DNA from: a virus
Direction: 5' to 3' (one strand)
Virus record (IMG/VR): IMGVR_UViG_2643221642_000002
Span: 1-64,000 of that record
DNA: 64,000 nt
The translations under genes were made by a program, and so were the position numbers. The notes below the pieces were generated by a model. It ran no database searches. It saw only the letters and a list, made by a program, of their open reading frames with translations, and had not been told where the DNA came from. Shown one piece after another: positions 33,331 to 42,700 of this stretch (positions are counted from its first letter, which is position 1; each line of letters opens with the position of its first letter).

Positions 33331-35529
33331 ATGAGGAAGGCCCTTATGGCCGGCGCCGCGCTCGCGGCGGCGGTCACGATGACGCGCGCCGATGCGCCGG
33401 CGACCGGTGATCAGGTGCGTGGCGCGCCGCCGCCATCGCGCGGCGTGCGCTATGTGTCGTTCACCGGCTCGTCTTACGACGCGGCCACGCGTGAGTTTGA
33501 CGCCACGTTCGCGACGGGTTCCACGGTCAACCGCCGCTGGTACACCGAGACGCTGCAGATCGACGACGCATCGGTCGATCTCGCCCGCGTCGCCCTGAAC
33601 CAGGTCTGCCTGCTGTTCGGGCACAACATGGACGAGCCGATCGGCAAGGTGCTGTCGGCCGAGATCCGCAATGGCCAACTGGTAGGCCGGGTCAAGGTCG
33701 CCGAGACGGCCGAGGGCGACCAGTACGCGGGGATGATCCAGCGCGGCGAGCTGACCGGCATCTCGGTCGGCTACAACGTCAGCCAGTGGACCCGCATCAT
33801 CGACGACACCAAGGAGAAGGACGACTGGGTCGCCACTCGTTGGGAGCTGATGGAAGTCAGCCTCGTCCCCGTTCCCGCTGACCCGCTAGCCGGGGTCAGG
33901 TCGGCGGAAGAATCCCCCGGTTCACAGACCGTCGTCGACCCCGGCGCCGGCCAACTCTCCCAAGAGGAAGAAGACATGCAGACTCGTTCCGCCACCGGCG
34001 CCACGCCGGGCGGCGCTTCGGCCGTGGCCGTGCTGGCCGCTCTGGGCGCCACCGACGTCCTGGCCTTGCGCTCCCAAGCCCTGACGCTCGGCCTCACCGG
34101 CGATGCCGCTGACGCCATCCTGTCCCGTACGGGCATCACCAAGGAGACCGCGCAATCGGAGATCCTGGCCGCGGCCACCCAGGCTCGGGCCTCGATCACC
34201 GCCGCCGGTACGACGGCCGCCGCTACCCAGGAAATCGAGCCGGGGTCGACGGGCGGTCTGACCGCCGGCCAGGTGATCACTCTGCGCTCGCAAGGCGTCG
34301 GCCAGGGTATTCCGGAAGCCGATGTCGACGCGATCCTCTCGCGGCCGAGCATCAGCCGCGCCGCTGCTTCCGAAGCGATCCTGGAAGCCGCCGCGACCCG
34401 GCAGGCCGAGCAGACCCGACCCGCGGCTGGCGGCGCGATGCGGGTGGGCGTCGAGGCCCAGGACAAGCAGCGTACCTGCATGATCGACGCGTTGTCGGCG
34501 CGCATGTCGAGCACCACGCCGACCGAGGCCGGTCGCGAATTCATGGGCTGGCGGATGCTGGACATGTGGGGTCACCGCATGGGCATCAACGAGCGGGATC
34601 CGGTCCGCATCTATGATGCCGTGACGGCGCGCATGAGCGGCATGGAACTCTCGACCCGCGCCGGCGGCATGATGTCCACGTCGGATTTCCCGCTCCTCCT
34701 GGAAGCGGCCGCCAACAAGAATCTGCTGGCGGCGTACAAGCTGCAGGAACCGACCTATCGGGAGATGTGCACCCGCAAGTCGTACAACGACTTTAAGCCG
34801 CAGAAATTCCTGCGCGTCGGCGACTTCCCCGAGCTGCTGCCGCTGGGCGAGGGCGGCGAGATCAAGGCCGGCAAGTTCAACGAGAGCCGCGAAGAGTCGC
34901 AACTGGCCACCTCGGCCCGTCTGGTCAACATGACGCGCCAGATGCTGATCAACGACGACATGGGCGCCTTCGGCGACTTCGCCGCCGGGGCCGGCCGTTC
35001 GGCGGCTCGCCGCGAGAACCTGATGTTCTATCAGCTTCTCCTGGCGAACGCTGTCCTGTCGGACAACGTGGCCATGTTCCACGGCACGCACGGCAACCTC
35101 AACAACGCCGCCGCCGTGATCAACAAGGACAGCCTGGCCATCGCGCGCAAGGCCACGCGTAAGCAGAAGGACATCGACGGTCACCCGTTGAACGCCAATC
35201 TGCCCATCCTGCTGGTCGGCCCCGACAAGGAAACCGAAGCCGAGGTCGCGCTGGTCGAGGTCACCGCGACGAAGGTCGAAGACAAGAACATCTTCGCCGG
35301 CAAGCGTCGCATCATCAGCGACGCGCTGATCGCCGACGACAGCTGGTATAACCTCGGCGACGCGACGTCGGGCACCAACTTCGTCTACGGCTACCTGCGC
35401 GATCAGGAAGCGCCGCAGATCAAGCAGGACAAGCCGTTCAACTACGACGGCATGGCCTTCGCCACGATCCACGATTTCGGCGTGGGCGTGATCGACTACC
35501 GCTTCGGCTACAAGTTCCCGAAGACCTAA
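33331..35529 (+). CDS. Prohead protease / scaffold-linker / HK97-fold major capsid protein fusion
   Basis: N-terminal prohead protease region (…LLFGHNMDEPIGKV…). Central Ala/Thr-rich linker with an internal ~35-aa duplication. C-terminal ~300 aa capsid-like. Confidence 0.7.
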   Translation: MRKALMAGAALAAAVTMTRADAPATGDQVRGAPPPSRGVRYVSFTGSSYDAATREFDATFATGSTVNRRWYTETLQIDDASVDLARVALNQVCLLFGHNMDEPIGKVLSAEIRNGQLVGRVKVAETAEGDQYAGMIQRGELTGISVGYNVSQWTRIIDDTKEKDDWVATRWELMEVSLVPVPADPLAGVRSAEESPGSQTVVDPGAGQLSQEEEDMQTRSATGATPGGASAVAVLAALGATDVLALRSQALTLGLTGDAADAILSRTGITKETAQSEILAAATQARASITAAGTTAAATQEIEPGSTGGLTAGQVITLRSQGVGQGIPEADVDAILSRPSISRAAASEAILEAAATRQAEQTRPAAGGAMRVGVEAQDKQRTCMIDALSARMSSTTPTEAGREFMGWRMLDMWGHRMGINERDPVRIYDAVTARMSGMELSTRAGGMMSTSDFPLLLEAAANKNLLAAYKLQEPTYREMCTRKSYNDFKPQKFLRVGDFPELLPLGEGGEIKAGKFNESREESQLATSARLVNMTRQMLINDDMGAFGDFAAGAGRSAARRENLMFYQLLLANAVLSDNVAMFHGTHGNLNNAAAVINKDSLAIARKATRKQKDIDGHPLNANLPILLVGPDKETEAEVALVEVTATKVEDKNIFAGKRRIISDALIADDSWYNLGDATSGTNFVYGYLRDQEAPQIKQDKPFNYDGMAFATIHDFGVGVIDYRFGYKFPKT

Positions 35530-35556
35530 CCGGCGTCACCGCCTCCCACTGAGCCT

Positions 35557-35600
35557 GCGAAGGCCGCCCTGGTTTCGACCCGGGCGGCCTTCGCCGTTTC
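35557..35600 (+). terminator. Strong hairpin after the capsid gene (possible partial terminator/attenuator)
   Basis: GCGAAGGCCGCCC-N11-GGGCGGCCTTCGC (13-bp stem) followed by CGTTTCG. Confidence 0.45.
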
Positions 35601-35633
35601 GAGGGCCGCGCTGGCCCGACCAAGGATTTTTCC

Positions 35634-36137
35634 ATGGCTAAGAACTACATCAACAGCGGCTCGGTCCTCGACGACCTGGTCGCCCCTTCCGGCGGCGTCA
35701 CGTCGGGCAAGGGCTATCTGATCGGCGGCATGTTCGTGGTCGCCCTGACCTCGGCCGCCGCCGCTGAGCTTTTCACCGGCCAGAACGATGGCAACTGGGA
35801 ACTGGACGCGGCGACCCACGCCTCGAACCAGGGCATCGCCCAATGCGGACCGGTGTACTGGGACGTCGCCAATGCTCGATGCACGAACGTGGCTACGGGT
35901 AATCTGCTCATCGGTTCGGCCACGGCCGCGAAGGTTTCGACCGACGCCACCGTGAGCGTGAAGCTGTGGCCGCGCGCGGCGGCTCCCGTTGCCGCGATCA
36001 CGAAACCGGCGGCCACGGGCGCGTCCAACAGCACCCCCTATGGGTTCACGACGGCCCAGCAGGCGAACGACTTGATCGCCGCCGTTCGTGCTCTGGTGGA
36101 CTCCGCGGGCCTGACTGGCGTCGCGGTCCCGAACTGA
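35634..36137 (+). CDS. DUF2190 family protein (likely head decoration/cement protein)
   Basis: MAKNYINSGSVLDDLVAPSGGVTSGKGYLIGGMFVVALTSAAA… matches the DUF2190 N-terminal consensus. Confidence 0.65.
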   Translation: MAKNYINSGSVLDDLVAPSGGVTSGKGYLIGGMFVVALTSAAAAELFTGQNDGNWELDAATHASNQGIAQCGPVYWDVANARCTNVATGNLLIGSATAAKVSTDATVSVKLWPRAAAPVAAITKPAATGASNSTPYGFTTAQQANDLIAAVRALVDSAGLTGVAVPN

Positions 36138-36165
36138 TCCGCGTGATCTTCTAGGAGCCGGCACG

Positions 36166-36525
36166 GTGGACCCCGACGACATGGACGACCTGGTCGTCGA
36201 CGTAGCCTATGAGACCCATGGGCTGCGCGCGACCTATCAACCGTCGTCGGGCGACGCCGTGCCGGACATCCTGCTGGTCATGCACCAGCCGCCCGCCGAC
36301 CAGGTGCGGACGGCGGGCTTCGACCTGTCGCAGGGCCTGAGCGTCGCCGAGAACTACCTGACCATGCTGGTGCGCTCGTCCCAGGTGGAAGCACCTGCGG
36401 AAGACGAGACGATCACGTTCGTCGGCGGTCGCCTGGGCGGCAAGGTCTTCCGGATCGGCGAGGCGCCGACCGACCACGACATGCAGGGCCGCGAGTGGCG
36501 GCTGAAGCTGCAGAAGCTGAGCTGA
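36166..36525 (+). CDS. Hypothetical head-tail connector/adaptor candidate
   Basis: 119 aa, GTG start; position between the decoration and tail genes. Confidence 0.4.
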   Translation: MDPDDMDDLVVDVAYETHGLRATYQPSSGDAVPDILLVMHQPPADQVRTAGFDLSQGLSVAENYLTMLVRSSQVEAPAEDETITFVGGRLGGKVFRIGEAPTDHDMQGREWRLKLQKLS

Positions 36526-36983
36526 TGGCCGACCCCAACCCCAACCGCCTGCGGGCCGCGCACGACGCGCTGTGGGCCCTGGTCGGCACGCTCTTCGCCG
36601 GTGACACGCTGCACCGGAACCCCTCCGGTCTGAAAGCGCCGGCCGCCAAGACGGACGGCCTGGCTGGGTACGTGGCCCAGCACGACGACAATCTTCCCGA
36701 GACCGTGGGCGTGGTCTGCGGTCCGATCTACGACCTCAAGGCCACGGCCGAGGTGACGATCGCGTTCAGCGGCAAGACCAAGGACGATCGCCAGGCGGCG
36801 GCCTACGTCAAACTCGAGATGCTGAAGACGGCCATCGCCGCCGACCGCCAGCTCGGCGGCGCGGTCGACTATGCCGACATCGCCGGCGCCCAGCCCACCG
36901 ACGTTCCCGACAGCGACTGGATGGCCGGCGGACTCTACGTCCAGATCGGCCTGCTGTTCGGCGCCCCGACCCCCGCCGGCTGA
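36525..36983 (+). CDS. Hypothetical head-tail joining candidate
   Basis: 153 aa, TGATG coupling; position only. Confidence 0.4.
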   Translation: MADPNPNRLRAAHDALWALVGTLFAGDTLHRNPSGLKAPAAKTDGLAGYVAQHDDNLPETVGVVCGPIYDLKATAEVTIAFSGKTKDDRQAAAYVKLEMLKTAIAADRQLGGAVDYADIAGAQPTDVPDSDWMAGGLYVQIGLLFGAPTPAG

Positions 36984-37004
36984 GCCGGCCAACCTCCCGA
37001 GGAC

Positions 37005-37289
37005 ATGATGACCAAGACCACCCCGACCCGCGTCCCCTCGGACGCGGGCGCCGCCGTCGGTGCGCCGATCTCGCAGGATCCGGCCGTCCAGAACCAGGAC
37101 TCGGCGCCGACCCATCAGGATCCGGCCGTCACCCATGGCGAGAAGAAGCCGTACCTGTCGACGCGCGACCACGCCGAGTTCGGCGGCGCTGGCCTGTTTC
37201 GCGACCTGACCGACGCCGAACTCGCCGCCACCCCGGAAGGCCTGTTCGCCACGCCGACCGCCGACCAGCTGGCCCTGCGTCGCTACTGA
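37005..37289 (+). CDS. Hypothetical protein
   Basis: 94-aa ORF within the structural operon. Confidence 0.4.
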   Translation: MMTKTTPTRVPSDAGAAVGAPISQDPAVQNQDSAPTHQDPAVTHGEKKPYLSTRDHAEFGGAGLFRDLTDAELAATPEGLFATPTADQLALRRY

Positions 37290-37336
37290 CGCGCGGCCCG
37301 CTATCCCGTTTCAGCCCCTAAGATCAGGAGAGCCGC

Positions 37337-38293
37337 ATGCTCGGCCTTGAAACTACCGTGTCGATCGGCCAGCAGGCCTCGGCCGCCGATCCGACCACGC
37401 TGGCCCGCCAGTCGCTGAACGTCTATTCGATCACCGGCGGCCAGGGCGAGAACTTCGTCGACGACGAGATCCTGGGCGGTGGTCTCAACAACGCCTCCGA
37501 CCCGACCGCGCCGGCGCCGGGCCTCGACGATCACAAGATCACGATCAAGTTCCCACTCTGCATCGCCCAGGCCCCATGGTGGATGGCCGCCTTCTTCGGC
37601 GCCGAAGTCGCCTCGGGCACGACCCCCGACTACGAGCACCTGTGGGCCTCGGGCCAGGCGCTCCCCTACATCTTCCTCGAGCACAAGATGCAGACCGGGC
37701 GGTATCGCCGTCACTTCGGTCTGGTCGGCGAGAGCCTGACGATCGACCTGGATTCGGAGCGCGAGGGCTTCGCCCAGTGCGAGGCGACCTTTGTCGGTCT
37801 GAAGGAGGTCAAGAACTCGGCCGCCCTGACCGGCGTGGTCACGGCCGCGCCGACCCTGGACCGGCCCGCCGCCAAGCTGTGCAGCGTGATCTACAACAGC
37901 GTGGCCGGCGGTGATCTGATCGGCGGCAAGTTCACCTTCGCGCGCAAGCTGAAGCGCTACCGCGCCGCCGACGGCACGGGCACGCCCTACAGCGTCGAGC
38001 AGAGCGGCAAGAGCACGCTCACCGGCACGCTGCGCACCCGCTGCCGGGCCGACACCTTCTATGACGACGGCGTGGGCCAGGTGGAGCGGGCCCTGCAGCT
38101 GAAGCTGCTGAAGTCGTCGGTGCGCGGGATGAAGTTCGACCTGCCGCACATGCGGATCAACCGGACGCCGATCGACATCAACGGCGCCGACGAGATCGAA
38201 CAGAACTACGAGTTCCGCGCATGGCAGACCACGGCCGACGCGGTGCTGTCGGCGACCGCCCTGAGCGGTTCGGCCACGATCGCCTTCAGCTAA
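37337..38293 (+). CDS. Putative major tail (tube) protein
   Basis: 318 aa, located immediately upstream of the frameshifted chaperone pair and the tape measure gene, as in lambda (gene V). Confidence 0.45.
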   Translation: MLGLETTVSIGQQASAADPTTLARQSLNVYSITGGQGENFVDDEILGGGLNNASDPTAPAPGLDDHKITIKFPLCIAQAPWWMAAFFGAEVASGTTPDYEHLWASGQALPYIFLEHKMQTGRYRRHFGLVGESLTIDLDSEREGFAQCEATFVGLKEVKNSAALTGVVTAAPTLDRPAAKLCSVIYNSVAGGDLIGGKFTFARKLKRYRAADGTGTPYSVEQSGKSTLTGTLRTRCRADTFYDDGVGQVERALQLKLLKSSVRGMKFDLPHMRINRTPIDINGADEIEQNYEFRAWQTTADAVLSATALSGSATIAFS

Positions 38294-38871
38294 TGGAAGG
38301 CTTCGCGCCCGCGGTGTTCACCCCCCGAAAGGCGGGCGAACACCGCATCGCCGTCCTGCAGCAGGGCGACGACAAAAAGCCGGTCCTGGCCGTCGAGTTC
38401 ATCACGCCCGACTTCCTGGAGCTGTCGAAGGCCGAGGCGGCCGGCGCCCGCGCCATCCAGGCCGTGCGTGAGAACAGCGAGGTGGTCGAGGCCTATGGCT
38501 TCCCCGCCCGCCGGTTCGAGAACGACGAGCTGCCCGGCCTGTCGCGCCTGATCATCAGCGTTGAGACCGCCTTCCACCTGTGGCGGGACTGGAACTTCGC
38601 CGAGGTCGACCCTGCCACCAAGCAGCCGGTGGTCCTGGAGTTGAACCGCACCAACATCGCCCGCCTGCTGGAGGACCAGCAGGTGAGGGCGGTGTGGGGC
38701 GCGCACCTCGAGGCCGCCTCGCCGCTGGAGCGCGACGAGGGAAACGGCTCAGCCGCCTCGCCGACTGGAACCACGGCGAAGGCGGCGACTTCTGCGCCCA
38801 ATGTCGAAAGCTCGACCGACCCTGCGCCAGCGGGGGGCGAAACCACGCCGGAAACCTCTGCCCCCGGCTGA
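38293..38871 (+). CDS. Tail assembly chaperone (gpG-like), 0-frame product
   Basis: 192 aa; TAATG coupling; contains the slippery heptamer GGGGGGC near its 3' end. Confidence 0.55.
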   Translation: MEGFAPAVFTPRKAGEHRIAVLQQGDDKKPVLAVEFITPDFLELSKAEAAGARAIQAVRENSEVVEAYGFPARRFENDELPGLSRLIISVETAFHLWRDWNFAEVDPATKQPVVLELNRTNIARLLEDQQVRAVWGAHLEAASPLERDEGNGSAASPTGTTAKAATSAPNVESSTDPAPAGGETTPETSAPG

Positions 38872-39116
38872 AGCATGCGCCGCTGACGGCGGAGGGCCTG
38901 CTGGCGGTGGATATCGCCAATCGCCCCGGCATGTGGATCCGGGCCGGCCAGATCGCCTTGATCACCGGCCTGGACTGGGCCGCGATCATGGCCGTGATCC
39001 CGGACACGGCCGATCGCGAAAAGGTCGAGCACCTGGTCAAGGCCTATGAGCGGGGCCTGGTGTCCGGTTCGTCCAAGCTGGCCGCCAAGGCGGCGTCCAA
39101 GGCGCCGAAGGAATAG
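38832..39116 (+). other. Programmed -1 ribosomal frameshift site (G GGG GGC at 38832-38838) and the -1 frame extension giving a G-T-like fusion
   Basis: The heptamer is in X XXY YYZ phase of the 38293 frame. The -1 frame continues …RNHAGNLCPRLKHAPLTAEGLLAVDIANRPGMWIRAGQIALITGLDWAAIMAVIPDTADREKVEHLVKAYERGLVSGSSKLAAKAASKAPKE to the TAG at 39114-39116. This matches the conserved G/GT arrangement just upstream of the tape measure gene. Confidence 0.6.
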
Positions 39117-39119
39117 CCG

Positions 39120-39755
39120 ATGTACGGGATGAGCGTGCGGGGCGACGACCTGGCGTCGTTCGTTCGCGGCACGATGGAAGACAGCGCGGCGGCCGCCGAG
39201 GCTGTTCCGCGCATCTCCGCCTTCCGCTCGGCGCGCGACTGGCGCGGCCAGATCCGCCGGGGGTTCAAGTCCGGCCGGTTGTTCCAGAACCGCGGCTGGA
39301 TGAAGGGCGTCGTCGTCCGGAAGATCGGGCGGGGCACGTACGAGGTCTCGGACAAGGCCCGCTACAGCAAGGGCCGCACGGCCCGGGTGGCGCTGTCCTG
39401 GGTGTTCGACAACGCGCCGACCATCCGGGGCCGCAAGGGCTGGGTGGCCGTGCCGATCGAAGGCCGCGCGCCGGTCGCCCCCAGCGGGCGCCGGTACATG
39501 TGGCCCAGCGAGGCGGCCGCCGCCGGGTGGGAGCTGGAAATCGCTCCGGTCATGGGCAAGCGCTACAAGCTGATTCTGGGTCGCCGGGGTCCGCGCGATC
39601 CCTGGACCCCGCTCTGGTACTACATCCCGCCCTATCGGGCCCGGAAGGGCCTGGACCTGGACGCGATCCATCGCCGCCACGGCGACGTCCAGGACGAGGT
39701 GTGGGGCGAGGAATTCGACAAGCGGTCGGCCAAGCGCGCCCGCCGCCGTCTCTAA
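39120..39755 (+). CDS. Hypothetical tail-associated protein
   Basis: 211 aa between the chaperone pair and the tape measure gene. Confidence 0.45.
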   Translation: MYGMSVRGDDLASFVRGTMEDSAAAAEAVPRISAFRSARDWRGQIRRGFKSGRLFQNRGWMKGVVVRKIGRGTYEVSDKARYSKGRTARVALSWVFDNAPTIRGRKGWVAVPIEGRAPVAPSGRRYMWPSEAAAAGWELEIAPVMGKRYKLILGRRGPRDPWTPLWYYIPPYRARKGLDLDAIHRRHGDVQDEVWGEEFDKRSAKRARRRL

Positions 39756-39790
39756 CGATCACAACACTCTAGCTGAGGAACTTCACGGTC

Positions 39791-42700
39791 ATGGCGACGC
39801 GTGAGAGCAAGATCGTCTATTCCGAATCCGGAACCCAACAGACGACCGCGCGCGTCATCAGCCTGACCCAGGCGCTGGACACCCAGACCCGCAAGCAGCG
39901 CGAACTGGTGGCGCTTATGCCGAAGTCCACGGCCGGGATCGGCCTGGTCGGTTCGGTGTCGCAGAGCGCCAGCGCCAAGATCACCAGCCTGACCAACACC
40001 ATCGGCCCGTTGGGCGCGGGCCTGGGCGCCATCGCACGTTCGGCCAACCCCGCCGCTCAGGGCCTGCTGGCCTGGGCCTCGGCCGCCGAGAAGGCCAGCA
40101 CGGTCTCGCGGATCATGAACGCGACCCTCAACGCCGGCGTCATCGGGTCGATCGCGGCCGGCGCGGTGCTGACGGCCTATGCCGACGACGTCCTGCGGGC
40201 GGCCGACAGCTATTCGACCCTGCACGCCAGGATCCGCACTTTCTCGGACGGCCAGATCGCCGCCGCCCAGAACGAACGCGCCATCTATCAGGCGTCCAAG
40301 GACAGCCGCGTCGCGGTCGCCGACCTGACGACCCTCTACACGCGTCTCGCGCCGGCGGTGAAGGACTATGGCCGCAGCCAGCAAGACGCCCTGACGATCA
40401 CCCAGCTGACCAGCAAAGCGCTGGCCATCCAAGGCGCCGACGTCCGCGAGCAGGCCGCCGCCACGGTACAGTTCAGCCAGGCCATCGCCTCCGGCGTGTT
40501 GCGCGGCGACGAACTGCGCAGCTTGCTCGAAAGCTCGCCCCAGCTGCTGCGCTATGTCGCCCAGAACCTGGAGGTGAACGGCAAGGTCGGCGTCGCCTTC
40601 TCGTCGCTGCGAAAGCTGGGCGAGGCTGGCGCGCTGACGACCGACAAGCTGATCTCGGCCCTTCTCAAGGCGCAACCGGCTATCGAACGCGACTTCATCA
40701 ACGCCCCCAAGACCGCCCAGCAGGGCTGGATCGTGATGAAGGACGAGATCACGCGGGTGATCGGCACGCTCGACAAGACGGTCGGCGGCCAAAAGGCGGT
40801 GGTCGACTGGCTGGGCCGGATGTCGAGCGAGGCCGAGGCCTGGCGCCAGAAGATGCTGCTCGACCCCCACGCCCTCGACGGCCTGAAGCAGGCCGGCGAC
40901 TTCGTCGGCGGCGCCGTCGGGTCGATCGCCACGTTGGGCAAGGTGGCAGCCGAGAACTTCGACATGATCGTCTCGGCCGGCGAGGCGGTGCTGGCCCTGA
41001 AGCTGGGCTCGGTGATCTCCACATGGTTCGTGGCGGCCGCCCAGGCCTCGCGCGGCGCCATCGCTGACCTGCAAGAGTTCCAGAAGACGGCCCGCTTCCA
41101 GGCCGGCGCCGTGCAGCAACCGGTTCTGGCCCAAGCGGCCGTCGCCGCGCGGTCGGGAGCCGTGGCCGCCGATATCACCGCCACCGACCGAGCGGCGGCC
41201 GCCGACCTGGCCAAGGCGCGCGCGACCGGCGTCCGCAGCGCCGCCGACAAGGCGGCCGCTGTGGCCGAGGCCGCGCGCCGCACCGAAGCCGAGGCGCAGA
41301 CCCGCGCCCAGGCGGCGCTAGCGAAGGTTGAGACGGACGTTGGCCGTGACGTCGCTGCCGCGCAGCGCCTGAAGGGCGAGGCCGCCGAGATCCGCGCCCG
41401 CCTCGAGGAAGACGCAGCCCGGCGCAGCGCCGCCGCGGCGAAGTCCGCGAACGCCGCCGCCGCGTCGGGCGACCTGTCGAAGGCCGGTATCGGCACCGCG
41501 GGCACGTACTATGCTCGCCTGGCGCAGCAAGACGCCAAACAGGCGATGCTGCTGACCGACGAGCAGCGCGCCCAGCAACTGGCGCGGTTGCGCGAAATCG
41601 AGGTCGCCGAAGGCCGCGCGGCCGCCACGGTTGCCGCCGCCGAGGAGCGCAAGGCTGTGGCCGTCACGGTCGCCGAGGCAGAAATCGCGTCGGCCCGAAC
41701 CGCCACCGTCGCGCGGGCGACCGCCGAGGCCGAAGCGTCGGCCCTGGTGGCGGCCGCCGAGCGCGCGGAGACCCAGGCCAAAGGGGCCAACGTCGCCGCC
41801 ACGAACGCCGCCGCCGCCGCCGCAACGCGCAACGCCGTGGCTCAGGAAGCCGAAGCCCTCGTCAGCGCCAACGTCACGCGGAGCATGGTCTTCCAACAGG
41901 TCGCGATGAAGACCTTGACGGGCCTCTACAACCTGCTGGGCGGCGGCATTGGGATCGCGACCTTGGCGATCGGTGGTCTGATCTGGGCCTTCATCGAAGC
42001 CGACAAGGCGGTCAAGGCCCATTACAGCGCGCTGCGCGACACGGTCGACATCACCGATCGGCTTCGGGCAGCCACGGATTCGATGGCCGCTGCTACTTGG
42101 GCGGAGATCCCAGGCATCCTCGCCAAGACCAAGGCGCTTCGGGATCAGGCGGCGGCGCAGGAGAAGGTCATCGCGACCCAACTTCGCACCAAGGAAGCCG
42201 AGCTTGCGGCGGTCAAGGAACAGTTGAAATCGCCTGGCACGGGCGAGGCCGCGCAGGGATTGCTGAACGCGGCGGCCCGGCTTGAGCGCGAAGTGACGGC
42301 GCTCAGCGGAATCGCCGGCGGGGCCAAGGTGCGCGCTTCGGCGGCCCAGGACTCGGCCTACCGCGACGGCATCATCGCCGCCGCCAAGGAAAAGGCGGAC
42401 GCCCAGTCGCAGATCACGCGGGGCACGGACGCTGCCGGACGGCCCCTGACCGCTGACCGCAAAGACCAGCTGCAATCGGTCGTCGACGCCAAGACCAAAT
42501 ATCTGCAGGCGCAGGTCGACAAGGTTACGGCGGACATCGCCATCGTCGACGCCAAGATCAAGACCGCCAACGCCCAGGACCGGGTAGGGCTTGGGTCGCT
42601 CCGGACGCAGCTGGGCAAGACCTTGGCCGACGCTTCAGAGGGGCTGCTGTCCGGCGCGCCCGGCACGCCGACAACGGTGACGCCGAAGGCGAAAAAGGTA

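Noticed and set aside
35634-36137. Recombinase function for the DUF2190 protein (often auto-annotated 'RecA/RadA-like recombinase')
   Set aside because: Its position between capsid and connector genes and its small size fit a head-decoration/cement protein. No Walker motifs are present.
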